Shown here: one piece after another, positions 36,421-45,818 of the stretch
Numbering within the stretch: the stretch's first letter is position 1
Layout: the number at the start of each line of letters is the position of its first letter
DNA from: a virus
Virus record (IMG/VR): IMGVR_UViG_3300045450_000145
Span: 32,001 to 96,000 of that record
Length of the DNA: 64,000 nucleotides
Strand: one strand, 5' to 3'
Program-made: the position numbers and the translations under genes
The notes under the pieces: model-generated
What the model was told of the DNA's origin: nothing
Database searches by the model: none
What the model saw: only the letters and a program-made list of their open reading frames with translations

Positions 36421-36449
36421 TGTACAAACTTTCTAAAGCAGTTTATAAT
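36421..36449 (+). promoter_or_regulatory. sigma70-like promoter TGTACA-N17-TATAAT, 5 nt before the ATG
   Basis: TGTACA 36421-36426, TATAAT 36444-36449, TACCT, ATG 36455; no SD. Confidence 0.8.
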
Positions 36450-36454
36450 TACCT

Positions 36455-38395
36455 ATGACCAAACATATCGAACAAACCTACCAAGTCCTCGACGAAATCG
36501 ACCACATCCGCAAACGGACTGGTATGTATGCGGGCAGCACCAGCATCCAGACCACCGACGAATGGGTCTACAATGTTGATACTAAAAAGATGGAACGGAA
36601 GACCCTCAGCGTTATTCCTGCATTCATTAAAATCTTCTCCGAAATCCTAGATAATGCAATCGACGAAAGTCGACGGGCACCTGATGTCTTGGATAGTATC
36701 CGCGTTGAAATTGGAGATGATGGCATCATCTCTGTTATTGACAATGGCCGAGGTATCCCTGTCGAAATTCATTCCCAAACTAATAAGTACATCGCTGAAA
36801 CTGTCTTCTCGAATCTGCGAGCAGGTAGCAACTTCAACGACGAAGATGACCAGATGCTGATTGGTACGAACGGTGTCGGTAGCACTCTTACTAACATCTT
36901 ATCTACTTCCTTTAAAATCGAGTCGTGCGACGGCAAGAAGCTCTTTAGGCAGGAGTTCTTCAAGGGCATGCGTGAGCGCACTGAGCCGAAAATCCGCGAT
37001 CACGACAAGAACCACACTCGTATCACATTCACACCTGACTACGAATTCTTTAAGCTGGCCGGATTGGATGTGGACCACAAGCTGCGCATGATCAAGAAGG
37101 TCGTCGATGCAGCTGCAACTAACCCAAAGGTGAAGTTCTACATCAATGGTGACCGCATCATGACTCGGTCCTTTGACGACTACATTGCTATGTATGCCGA
37201 TGAGTATGTGTATGATGACACCCCTGACTGGAAGGTTGGTGTTAGCAAGTCCGACGGCTTCGAGCAAATTAGCTTCGTTAACTCAGTCGAAACGTATCAA
37301 GGTGGTAACCACGTTACCTACGCAATCAATCAAATCGTTGATGAGCTCCGCGCCATCATTAAGAAGAAGCACAAGGTAGAAGTATCTCCTGGCGATATCC
37401 GCGGTCACATGCGCATCTACATCAGCGCGAATGTGAATCGTCCTCGCTTCTCCTCACAAACTAAAGAAAATATGATCTCGCCGGTTGGTGAGTGGAAGAC
37501 CTCGTGGACGGTAAGTGATAAGTTCATTCAGAAGCTGCTAAAAACTGAAATCATTCAGTCGATCTTGGACTGGGCAGAAGCAAAGGCAAATCAACAGCTT
37601 CAAGCTGATCTGCGTAAGGCAAACAAAGAGCAAGGCAAAGCTGATCCTCGCAAGGTGAATAAGTTCTCTGATGCGATGGAAAAAGTGCAACGCCACAAGT
37701 GCATCTTGTATCTTGCCGAAGGTGATAGCGCAGCAAAGTCCATTCAAGGTGGTCGTGGTAAGAACCCATACATTGCCTCCTTCCCTCTAAAGGGTAAACC
37801 CCTCAACGTTCGCGACAAGGACATTGCACGTGTTCTAGGATTAGATAAGAAGGATGACAAGAAGAAAGAGCCCAATGAAATCCAGAAGATTCTAACCATC
37901 ATTGGCTTGCAGATTGGAGTGCCTGTAAAATCCCTCGCTGAGCTTCGCTTCGGTGGGGTCGCTCTATCGACCGATGCTGACGTTGATGGCTTCCACATCG
38001 GTGGCCTCCTCCTCAACTTGTTTGAGAAGTACTGGCCAGAGTTACTCGAGATGGGCTTCGTGCACATTTTGCGGACTCCAGTAATTGTCGTATCACTGAA
38101 GGACAAGAGCAAAATCGAGTTCTTCACTGAGCTTGAGTTTAATATGTGGGAACAGAACGAAGGCACGAAGCTTAAGGGTTGGTCTAAGAACTACTACAAG
38201 GGTCTGTCGAAGTGGAAGACCGAGCAATTTGCACAGTTCCTATCTCAGCCTGAGAAGTACCTCTTCAAAATTACCATGGAAGACGAGGAAGATAGCGACG
38301 CGATCGATCTGGCTTTCAACGGTGAACGCGCAAACGACCGTAAAACCTGGCTCGAAACCCCAGCCGAAGACTTTGAACAATTTGTTGTGAGGTAA
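36455..38395 (+). CDS. type IIA DNA topoisomerase, ATPase+TOPRIM subunit (T4 gp39+gp60-like)
   Basis: RKRTGMYAGS, EILDNAIDE, DNGRGIP, GSNF, GTNGVGS, YLAEGDSA, PLKGKPLN, TDADVDG, YYKGL. Confidence 0.95.
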   Translation: MTKHIEQTYQVLDEIDHIRKRTGMYAGSTSIQTTDEWVYNVDTKKMERKTLSVIPAFIKIFSEILDNAIDESRRAPDVLDSIRVEIGDDGIISVIDNGRGIPVEIHSQTNKYIAETVFSNLRAGSNFNDEDDQMLIGTNGVGSTLTNILSTSFKIESCDGKKLFRQEFFKGMRERTEPKIRDHDKNHTRITFTPDYEFFKLAGLDVDHKLRMIKKVVDAAATNPKVKFYINGDRIMTRSFDDYIAMYADEYVYDDTPDWKVGVSKSDGFEQISFVNSVETYQGGNHVTYAINQIVDELRAIIKKKHKVEVSPGDIRGHMRIYISANVNRPRFSSQTKENMISPVGEWKTSWTVSDKFIQKLLKTEIIQSILDWAEAKANQQLQADLRKANKEQGKADPRKVNKFSDAMEKVQRHKCILYLAEGDSAAKSIQGGRGKNPYIASFPLKGKPLNVRDKDIARVLGLDKKDDKKKEPNEIQKILTIIGLQIGVPVKSLAELRFGGVALSTDADVDGFHIGGLLLNLFEKYWPELLEMGFVHILRTPVIVVSLKDKSKIEFFTELEFNMWEQNEGTKLKGWSKNYYKGLSKWKTEQFAQFLSQPEKYLFKITMEDEEDSDAIDLAFNGERANDRKTWLETPAEDFEQFVVR

Positions 38396-38400
38396 TATAC

Positions 38401-38655
38401 ATGCAAGATAACCAAAATAATCTATGGAAGAGCTTTGAGGTTAGCTTGCCTGTGGTGGAGTACAAGCCCATCATGTTCAAGGCACGCGATGAAGCGGACC
38501 TCAAGGCGCAAATTGCAAAGCGAGAGCAGGCGGTGAGAGACACTCAATTTAAGACGCAAATTAAGCGGGATAAAAAGGGTAATATCATCAGCCATGATCT
38601 TGGCCGCCCACACCAAAATGGCTATCATTGGACAGAGGAGATTAAAAATGGCTAA
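38401..38655 (+). CDS. hypothetical protein
   Basis: 84 aa between the topoisomerase subunits. Confidence 0.6.
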   Translation: MQDNQNNLWKSFEVSLPVVEYKPIMFKARDEADLKAQIAKREQAVRDTQFKTQIKRDKKGNIISHDLGRPHQNGYHWTEEIKNG

Positions 38656-38908
38656 GATTGAAGACCTCGCCGACGCACAATACTTAATTTTGGAAAATGC
38701 TACCGCGGAGACAGATGACGGATATGGGGACGTATTTAAAGTCAATTACATCGATGTCACACCATGTAAAACGCAAACAGAAGTGACTGACTGGCTCAAG
38801 CGACATAATCCATATGGCAATAACAAAAACCTACGCATCTTCCAAGTAGCAGAGGTTTTTGTTGAGGTGAAAGTAGAAGTCTTTTTGAAGGGAGAAAAGC
38901 GTGCTTAA
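38648..38908 (+). CDS. hypothetical protein
   Basis: Start reassigned to MAKIED (SD GAGGAG). Confidence 0.65.
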   Translation: MAKIEDLADAQYLILENATAETDDGYGDVFKVNYIDVTPCKTQTEVTDWLKRHNPYGNNKNLRIFQVAEVFVEVKVEVFLKGEKRA

Positions 38909-39137
38909 CATGATTCAACAATACAAGCGCGGGCGCGTCGCTTTTGAGTGCTACAAGGCGTGCTCTGATTATTCAATTAAGCTAGTAAGTGACTACTTTA
39001 ATAAGCACAAGTTGACTGACCTGGAGTCAGTGAATAAATTTAATCAAAGTCCAGAAGGTAAAAAGGCCACCTTCTGGGCTCGAGCTGCCCTGCGTTATGG
39101 ACGACTTGCCCGCGGTGGCAATCCATGGCGCAAATAA
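38901..39137 (+). CDS. hypothetical protein
   Basis: GTG start, SD GGGAG, 78 aa. Confidence 0.6.
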   Translation: MLNMIQQYKRGRVAFECYKACSDYSIKLVSDYFNKHKLTDLESVNKFNQSPEGKKATFWARAALRYGRLARGGNPWRK

Positions 39138-39138
39138 A

Positions 39139-39167
39139 TGTACATTAGTTTGAAAATAAAGTATAAT
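39139..39167 (+). promoter_or_regulatory. sigma70-like promoter TGTACA-N17-TATAAT, 5 nt before the ATG
   Basis: TGTACA 39139-39144, TATAAT 39162-39167, AACCT, ATG 39173; no SD. Confidence 0.8.
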
Positions 39168-39172
39168 AACCT

Positions 39173-40543
39173 ATGAAAATTTCTACCGCACCAACATACT
39201 CTAACGACTCGAAGCAGTCTATTCGTGTTAAGAACTTCATGAATAGCGCCTTCAAGACGTTCTCGTTGTATGACAACGTTCGATCTATTCCAGCCATTGA
39301 TGGCCTGAAGCCATCTCAACGCAAAGCGCTATATGGTGTCTCTCTTCGTGGTGAGAACGCAGGCTTCATGCAAGTCGAACGTCTCTCGGCGCATGTCGCA
39401 TCCACCACAGACTATCACCACGGCGTCGGCTCGATGGAAGGTACTATTGCAGGCATGGGTGCCACTAAGTATCCAGGCTCCAATAACATGAATTTGTTTA
39501 TCCCTGAAGGGCAGTTTGGTTCTCGCCTCACCAAGGAACCAGGAGCTGGTCGTTACATCGAAACTGCACTCAGCCCATTCTTCCGCCAGCTTATGCGCAA
39601 GGAAGACGATGCAATTCTAGAGCACAACATGGTGGACGGGGAAAAGATCGAGCCTAAGCTTTACTTGCCCATCTTACCACTTGCACTTATCAACGGTGCA
39701 AGTGGCACGGGTACTGGGCATGCATGCGAAATTAAATCCTATAAGCCACATGACATTCGTGATGCGGTGCTTAAGGTGCTAAATGGCAAGAAGCTTGTCG
39801 AAGGCACCCTCATTCCTTGGTTTAGGGGCTTTCACGGTGACGTAGATCGCAACCCTGAAAATGGCCAAGTTATCATGACTGGTAAGCTCGAGGTAAAGAA
39901 TAGCACCACTATACTAATCACTGAGCTGCCCGTCGGTGTCTTCCTAGATGATTACAAAGATCACCTCAACAAGCTCGAAGAGAAGGAATTCATCAAGGAC
40001 TGGAATGACGCATCCACCGAGGAGTCCTTCGAGTTCACAGTTACTGTTCCTCGCACCACGACCGCCCTCGATGAAGTTGAACTCTATCAGAAGTTTAAGC
40101 TTATTTCCCGTGACACCGAGAACTTCACGATGTGGAACTCAAAGGGCTTGCTGCAGCGATTCACCAGTGCAGAGGCAGTGATTGAGGAGTTCACAACCTG
40201 GCGGCTTGGCTTCTATCAGAAGCGACTAGACAAACTAATTTCTGACACACGTGAGAACATTCGCCTACAGAGTGAAGTCGTGCGGTTCATTAAGTTCTAT
40301 CTAAAGAACGTTAACTTATTCCGCGACACATCGAAGAAGGACATTATTAACGTTCTGACTGAGAATGACTTCGTTGACTATGAGAAGCTTCTCTCAATGC
40401 CAATCTGGAACCTGACACGCGATCGTATAGCTGAACTGGAAAAGAAGCTCGAGGCCTTGATCGACCAGCTTGACACACTGCTTTCAGACACCGCGTCAAG
40501 CATGTATGAGCGCGAACTAAAGCAATTTAATTACGTCGGGTAA
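39173..40543 (+). CDS. type IIA DNA topoisomerase, breakage-reunion subunit (T4 gp52-like)
   Basis: RSIPAIDGLKPSQRKALY, YHHG..S, GQFGSRL...GAGRYI (catalytic Tyr), INGASGTGTG, ITELP. Confidence 0.95.
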   Translation: MKISTAPTYSNDSKQSIRVKNFMNSAFKTFSLYDNVRSIPAIDGLKPSQRKALYGVSLRGENAGFMQVERLSAHVASTTDYHHGVGSMEGTIAGMGATKYPGSNNMNLFIPEGQFGSRLTKEPGAGRYIETALSPFFRQLMRKEDDAILEHNMVDGEKIEPKLYLPILPLALINGASGTGTGHACEIKSYKPHDIRDAVLKVLNGKKLVEGTLIPWFRGFHGDVDRNPENGQVIMTGKLEVKNSTTILITELPVGVFLDDYKDHLNKLEEKEFIKDWNDASTEESFEFTVTVPRTTTALDEVELYQKFKLISRDTENFTMWNSKGLLQRFTSAEAVIEEFTTWRLGFYQKRLDKLISDTRENIRLQSEVVRFIKFYLKNVNLFRDTSKKDIINVLTENDFVDYEKLLSMPIWNLTRDRIAELEKKLEALIDQLDTLLSDTASSMYERELKQFNYVG

Positions 40544-40548
40544 CATAT

Positions 40549-40591
40549 TACTACATGGCCTGCCTATGTTATAAAAGCAGGCCATGTAGTA
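40549..40591. repeat. 15-bp perfect inverted repeat with 13-nt loop
   Basis: TACTACATGGCCTGC / GCAGGCCATGTAGTA; loop CTATGTTATAAAA; no U-tract after. Confidence 0.85.
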
Positions 40592-40623
40592 CAATAAAAA
40601 AATTCCAACATCGAAAGCATTAG

Positions 40624-41007
40624 ATGAAAAATAAGCAAAAAGTTAGCACGCCTAAGTCGATTATGGGCAACTACCAGATTGTGTTCTATTTTGCATTGGT
40701 TGGATTGTACGCGGCAACTCAATGGGTGATCTTTCTAGCGCCGCTTTATTTGCTTACCGGCTTTCTAATTTTAGTATCTGCGTTGGCCATTATTGGCGCA
40801 CTGTGCCTATTCCCTGAAAAGATCAAGCATGAGAAAAAGCTAATGAATGCCCGTGAAACATTCAACTATTGGGCAATGAAGCTAGTCGGTGTATTGCTTG
40901 CTTATCTGTGCTTTGCAGTGGGGCACCCAATTCTATCACTGCAATTCCTAATCTGCCTTGCTATCTCCAGCGGGATGCGAGACGTAAATCTTGAGCAGCC
41001 AGTATGA
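40624..41007 (+). CDS. multi-pass membrane protein
   Basis: 3-4 hydrophobic segments. Confidence 0.7.
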   Translation: MKNKQKVSTPKSIMGNYQIVFYFALVGLYAATQWVIFLAPLYLLTGFLILVSALAIIGALCLFPEKIKHEKKLMNARETFNYWAMKLVGVLLAYLCFAVGHPILSLQFLICLAISSGMRDVNLEQPV

Positions 41008-41363
41008 CTAAGTTAATCCCTGTTTCTCTTGCGACCGTAATGTGCTTAATCTTGGTATTGGCCCATGCAATGGAAGTTAAAAATCTCTTTGTACCTCTAA
41101 TATTTGCATATTTTTCAGTTATAGCATATCTATTTTCTGCTCTAGCTGGAATTCTAATGATCATCAGGGGTTTTCCAGTAGTTGAGAAAATCACCGAGTC
41201 ATATAATCCTATACAGTTCTGGGTGTTAATGGTGGGAGGAGTAAATATGGCATGTGCTCTAATTAGAAATGACATCTCCTCCATACTAGCAGGAATGCTA
41301 ATTGCTGCAGTATGTATCCAGTGTGCAATGCGGCACACTCACTTTATTGGAGAAAATCAATGA
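41004..41363 (+). CDS. multi-pass membrane protein
   Basis: Hydrophobicity pattern similar to neighbours. Confidence 0.7.
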   Translation: MTKLIPVSLATVMCLILVLAHAMEVKNLFVPLIFAYFSVIAYLFSALAGILMIIRGFPVVEKITESYNPIQFWVLMVGGVNMACALIRNDISSILAGMLIAAVCIQCAMRHTHFIGENQ

Positions 41364-41734
41364 AAGAAAAGCTTAAGAAGTTCAATCTAAATTGGATTGT
41401 TATGGCTTTACTAGTATTAGTCGTATGGTTCGATTGGTGGCTTTTGCTAATTCCTGTGTATATTTTAATGGTGCTCACCTTTATAGTGTTCTGCTTTGCG
41501 CTAATTGCGCAGTTAAGCAAAGCAGTTAAGTTTAGACATCGTGTAATTGCTCGCACAAATAGAGAACTCTTCATATATTGGAGCAACATCCTTGCGTGGG
41601 TAGTTAATCTTTATGCAGTCATTCACCTTGGGCATATCTTTTTAGCCACCCTGATGGGTTGTGTAATTCTTTACACCCTATCTTTGTATAATAGTGAACC
41701 TATCCCTGATAATGGTAAAAAGGAAGCGCTATGA
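41360..41734 (+). CDS. multi-pass membrane protein
   Basis: Start reassigned to MKEKL (SD GGAG, ATGA overlap). Confidence 0.7.
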   Translation: MKEKLKKFNLNWIVMALLVLVVWFDWWLLLIPVYILMVLTFIVFCFALIAQLSKAVKFRHRVIARTNRELFIYWSNILAWVVNLYAVIHLGHIFLATLMGCVILYTLSLYNSEPIPDNGKKEAL

Positions 41735-42096
41735 TTGTTTTTGCTATCGCGGCCATTGCAATTATGTGGACAGCAGTAATTGGAATTGTTATGGCTCACC
41801 TTGGAGAAAAAAGGTTACAGAAAGAAAATGTAAAGGAGGAGCAAGCCTCACTTAACGTGTTATCAGATGATGCCCCAGTAACCTCTAACGTTTCGTCGTT
41901 TAGGGTATATGAAGGTAGCAATATCTATGAATCCCTCGGGAGCCCAACAAAAGTAGGTCAGCTAGTTGAGACAAACATGGAAAGTGGTAAGGCTGCAATC
42001 TTCGTGTTAGCAAAAATTGCGCCCGAACGAATGGGGTATGTTACAATTAATTGGCTCGAATTTAAGTTCGTAAAATACGTAGAACAAAATGAATAA
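41731..42096 (+). CDS. single-pass membrane protein
   Basis: N-terminal hydrophobic helix. Confidence 0.7.
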   Translation: MIVFAIAAIAIMWTAVIGIVMAHLGEKRLQKENVKEEQASLNVLSDDAPVTSNVSSFRVYEGSNIYESLGSPTKVGQLVETNMESGKAAIFVLAKIAPERMGYVTINWLEFKFVKYVEQNE

Positions 42097-43006
42097 TCCA
42101 TACAAGACTTTAGGTGTGCCTGACAACTGCAGCAAGGATGAAGCTCGAAAGGCATATCGAAAGCTTGCAATGCAGCATCACCCTGACAGGGGAGGAGACG
42201 AGGCTGTATTTAAGGAGTTGAAGCTGGCATGGGAAAGCATTGACACTGGCTGGAAGCAACCCCAGCAAAGCGCATATAGTAAACCTAAGCGCAGCACTTC
42301 ATTCAGTGAAGAGTTTAATAAGACAAATCAGGCAAAGCACAATGGGGAGCATGCGGCTTTTAAACGTAAGTTCTACAACACTGACGACATCAACGACATC
42401 TTCAATGACTTTAAGACCAACACTGGCCCAAAGTCAACTCGCTTTAATCAAAATGAGGGATTTTACCAAGAATATGGTGCGAAGGTCTCAATGAGGCAGG
42501 CATTCTTAGGGTTTCACTTCCAAATTCCTAAGATTGTGAATATTAACGGCATGACAACAAATAATATCTTTGTTCCAGGTGGTGCATTCCCGGGTCATAG
42601 CATGATAGTTGCGCCTGGCGTCAAGGTTAATGTGCAATTCACTGACACTAATTTTAAGATGCGAGGGTTAGATAGTGAATTTGACAGTCCATTTACTGCA
42701 TCACTTCTAGCTGGAGATATCGAGGTAGAGAAGCATATTGATGCAATAGACTTAATCACCGGTGCGTGGATTACTATACAGGACTTTTTAGGCGAGGACC
42801 TACGTGTTAGAATCCCAGAAGGATTTGACCCCCAACGTCGGCTTAAGATCGCGAATAAAGGCTATGCAAGTTGGAGCGTCGACACTGGCCCAAACACCGA
42901 ATTTAGGCAGCACATGTTTGTAAAGGTAATTCCTGTCTTTAACAAGCCATCTAATATAGAGCGTGATAAAATTATCAACTTATACAAGTCAATCCAGGAA
43001 AAATGA
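42089..43006 (+). CDS. DnaJ/CbpA-like J-domain protein
   Basis: NPYKTLGV...KAYRKLAMQHHPDRGGD (HPD); C-terminal GDI.....ID.IDLITG...LRVRIPEG..LKI..KG resembles the DnaJ C domain; no Zn finger. Confidence 0.88.
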   Translation: MNNPYKTLGVPDNCSKDEARKAYRKLAMQHHPDRGGDEAVFKELKLAWESIDTGWKQPQQSAYSKPKRSTSFSEEFNKTNQAKHNGEHAAFKRKFYNTDDINDIFNDFKTNTGPKSTRFNQNEGFYQEYGAKVSMRQAFLGFHFQIPKIVNINGMTTNNIFVPGGAFPGHSMIVAPGVKVNVQFTDTNFKMRGLDSEFDSPFTASLLAGDIEVEKHIDAIDLITGAWITIQDFLGEDLRVRIPEGFDPQRRLKIANKGYASWSVDTGPNTEFRQHMFVKVIPVFNKPSNIERDKIINLYKSIQEK

Positions 43007-43539
43007 TCTTTTACGAACCTCCATACCGAGGTCTCAGCAAACTGATCTCCGGCGGGCAGTGCGGTGCTGACTTTGGCGGGGTGGACGCTGGCTTACATTT
43101 CGGAATTAAAACTGGTGGGCACGTGCCATATGGCTGGAGGACCCACTTTGGGCCAAAGCCAGAATTGGCTTTGCATGGCTTAGTTGAACACCCATCAGCC
43201 GCCTATCAGCCACGTACGAGGGTAAATGTAAAGCACGCCGATGCGACTGCCATTATTGGTACTAACCTACAATCCCCAGGGTGCAAGTTAACTTTAAAGT
43301 ACTGCAAAGAACTAAACAAGCCCGCGTTGCTCTTTCCTATACCGGGAATATTCGATGAGAACTTGCTAAATGAATATACACTGCAACTCACTAATGATAT
43401 AATTGAAAGACAAATTACCACCCTTAACGTGGCTGGAAATCGTGATAAGTACGGTACATTGCACTATGATTTCACCTTCAGCCTAATTTTGAAAATGCTT
43501 TTATTGCTAGAAGAACAAAATCTAGTAGTTAGGAAATAA
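43003..43539 (+). CDS. SLOG-superfamily protein ('putative molybdenum carrier' type)
   Basis: KLISGGQCGADFGG, TGG..P.GW, Y..RT..NV..ADAT, G..LT, LNVAGNR. Confidence 0.8.
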   Translation: MIFYEPPYRGLSKLISGGQCGADFGGVDAGLHFGIKTGGHVPYGWRTHFGPKPELALHGLVEHPSAAYQPRTRVNVKHADATAIIGTNLQSPGCKLTLKYCKELNKPALLFPIPGIFDENLLNEYTLQLTNDIIERQITTLNVAGNRDKYGTLHYDFTFSLILKMLLLLEEQNLVVRK

Positions 43540-43540
43540 G

Positions 43541-44098
43541 ATGAATTTAGAACAGAAATCTAAGATGCTGTCGTACTTGCTCAGACATAAACCTGAGAAT
43601 GCAAACTTATCTATTGACAGTCAAGGTTATGTGCCTGTGGATGAGCTAGTATTAAATGCTAAATTTACTATTAATGAGCTCAAGCAAATCGTCGCAGAGG
43701 ACAGCAAGCAACGCTACTCATTTGCAAATGGCTTTACCCTTATCAGAGCCAATCAGGGTCATACTACTTCTAAAGTAAAGATGCAATTCAACATTGCTTT
43801 CCCTCCTCTGGTGCTTTACCATGGCACTTCATATAAGTCATATAATGACATTATGAAAGAGGGTCTGATTCCAATGTCACGCCACCACGTTCACCTCTCT
43901 GAAAGCCTAGATGTTGCAAAGCAGGTAGCAACTCGTAGATTCAAACGCCCAAGTTCCAACCTGCCATCATACATTATTTTGAAGATTGACTCTGGCCAAA
44001 TGCGCGCAGATGGGTTAAAATTCTACAAAAGCGACAATGACGTTTGGCTTGTCGACCATGTTCCACCACAATATATTAGCATACATAATGAATTTTAA
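43541..44098 (+). CDS. kptA: RNA 2'-phosphotransferase Tpt1/KptA
   Basis: SK.LSYLLRH, K.RY, IRANQGH, LYHGT, RHHVHLS, N.VWL...VPP. Confidence 0.93.
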   Translation: MNLEQKSKMLSYLLRHKPENANLSIDSQGYVPVDELVLNAKFTINELKQIVAEDSKQRYSFANGFTLIRANQGHTTSKVKMQFNIAFPPLVLYHGTSYKSYNDIMKEGLIPMSRHHVHLSESLDVAKQVATRRFKRPSSNLPSYIILKIDSGQMRADGLKFYKSDNDVWLVDHVPPQYISIHNEF

Positions 44099-45029
44099 AA
44101 CAATCTGGCAAGGCGTTAAAAAAGCATTCCGCAGTGACACCTGGGAATACCAATACATCGACTTGGTACGTGACATCCTGGAAAATGGCGATGACCGCAT
44201 GGATCGAACTGGCACTGGCACGCGTTCAGTCTTTGGCCGGCAGCTTGACATTCCACTCTACAATGGCTTTCCAGCGGTTACCGGTAAAAAGCTTGCTTGG
44301 CGTTCCGTTTTAACTGAAGATTTATTTTTTGTTGAAGGTTCTAATGATGAACGGCGGCTGGCTGAGCTTCTGCACGGCACGCGTGACCCATTGAAGAGAA
44401 CCATCTGGACAGATAACGCGGAAGCAAATTATTGGAAGCCTAAAGCCAAGTTTGAAGGTGACCTAGGTCGGGTTTATGGCGTTCAATGGCGCCACTGGAA
44501 CACATATCAGCCTGTGGATGGTAGCAAAGATGGCGACCTGTTTACGCCGGGTAAAGAAATTGATCAGCTTGCCGAAGCAATCAATAAGATTAAAAATAAC
44601 CCAGCCGACAGGCGAATTATCGTCAGTGCCTGGAACGTTGGTGAACTAGATCAAATGGCTTTACCACCATGTCACATGCTATTCCAACTCTACGTTGAGA
44701 ATGGTAGACTTTCCTGCCAAATGTATCAACGGTCGGTTGACACGATGCTAGGCTTGCCATTCAATATTGCATCTTATGCTTTGCTTACTCACATGATTGC
44801 TAAAGTTTGTAATCTAAAAGTTGGTCGGCTAATTATGTGCTTGGGTGATGTTCATATTTACAAGGACCATCTTGATGGAGCTCGCGAGCAAATTAAGCGT
44901 AAGCCATACGATCCACCAGCTTTAATTATCGAGGGCAATCAACAAACAATTGATGATTTCAAGGAATCAGATTTCTGCTTGAGTAACTATACTCACCACA
45001 AGAAAATCGAAATGAAGATGAGCACTTAA
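44088..45029 (+). CDS. thyA: thymidylate synthase (canonical, dUMP-specific)
   Basis: DRTGTGT.S.FG, LGRVYG.QWR, MALPPCH, QRSVDTMLGLPFNIASY (Asn specificity residue), GDVHIY..H; start reassigned to 44088. Confidence 0.95.
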   Translation: MNFKTIWQGVKKAFRSDTWEYQYIDLVRDILENGDDRMDRTGTGTRSVFGRQLDIPLYNGFPAVTGKKLAWRSVLTEDLFFVEGSNDERRLAELLHGTRDPLKRTIWTDNAEANYWKPKAKFEGDLGRVYGVQWRHWNTYQPVDGSKDGDLFTPGKEIDQLAEAINKIKNNPADRRIIVSAWNVGELDQMALPPCHMLFQLYVENGRLSCQMYQRSVDTMLGLPFNIASYALLTHMIAKVCNLKVGRLIMCLGDVHIYKDHLDGAREQIKRKPYDPPALIIEGNQQTIDDFKESDFCLSNYTHHKKIEMKMST

Positions 45030-45030
45030 C

Positions 45031-45282
45031 ATGACTATTGAAAATCTTAATGAGCCACCTGAGAGGTGGGTAATTGATACATTTAGCTTTGAAATTAAGC
45101 TAGTTAAAGAAGATTGGTATCAAGCGCTCTTTCCAAAGTATCTGTTAAGCGGCAGGCTGGCGGGTCCTTATGACAACCACGAATTGGCAGTTGAACAGTC
45201 GCATATTATGATTGTTCAAAAAATCAAGGAGTATGAATTTGAAATCATGCGCCTTTACAAACTACTGGACACTGACAAATGA
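45031..45282 (+). CDS. hypothetical protein
   Basis: 83 aa in operon. Confidence 0.6.
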   Translation: MTIENLNEPPERWVIDTFSFEIKLVKEDWYQALFPKYLLSGRLAGPYDNHELAVEQSHIMIVQKIKEYEFEIMRLYKLLDTDK

Positions 45283-45806
45283 AACCCATCACCACATTTT
45301 ACCGCTACATCAGACCTCTGAAGTTTGACTTATTCAGACGGACAATGGTGCCTCGGAAAAATGGTGGTGTATGTCTGCATATTCAAGAGCTTGTAGATGA
45401 CTACGTTAATGAGCACGATGAAGTTTACCCAAAAGCTTTTGCCGTAAGGTTTGATATATGTGGCAATAATACTAAATTTATCAAGCCGATCGCAAAGTTT
45501 AATGCTGAGCGTGGAAATACATTCCACGTCTTCTGTGAAAACAAAGACATTAAGTTTGATGTTGAAGCTTTTCCACAGATGGTCAATGATCGAATTGAAA
45601 CAATGCGCATGCTAGAAGTTGAATTTCCAGATTTAAAAGGTCCACGTGTAAAGTGCGGCCACTACACGCTTCTTGCAAACGCACTTAATCAAATTGTGGA
45701 CAATAACATTCTAGAAGAGCATAAGATGCGGCAATACAATGATGTTATTATGGCATTGCATCTTACAAAGTTATACGCTCATAAGAGCACTGAGGTTCAC
45801 GAGTAA
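45279..45806 (+). CDS. hypothetical protein
   Basis: 175 aa in operon. Confidence 0.65.
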   Translation: MKPITTFYRYIRPLKFDLFRRTMVPRKNGGVCLHIQELVDDYVNEHDEVYPKAFAVRFDICGNNTKFIKPIAKFNAERGNTFHVFCENKDIKFDVEAFPQMVNDRIETMRMLEVEFPDLKGPRVKCGHYTLLANALNQIVDNNILEEHKMRQYNDVIMALHLTKLYAHKSTEVHE

Positions 45807-45818
45807 AAGGATAAAATT

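Noticed and set aside
36455-38395. T4 gene 60-style translational bypass, or intron/intein in topoisomerase
   Set aside because: ATPase and TOPRIM motifs are in one uninterrupted frame of normal length
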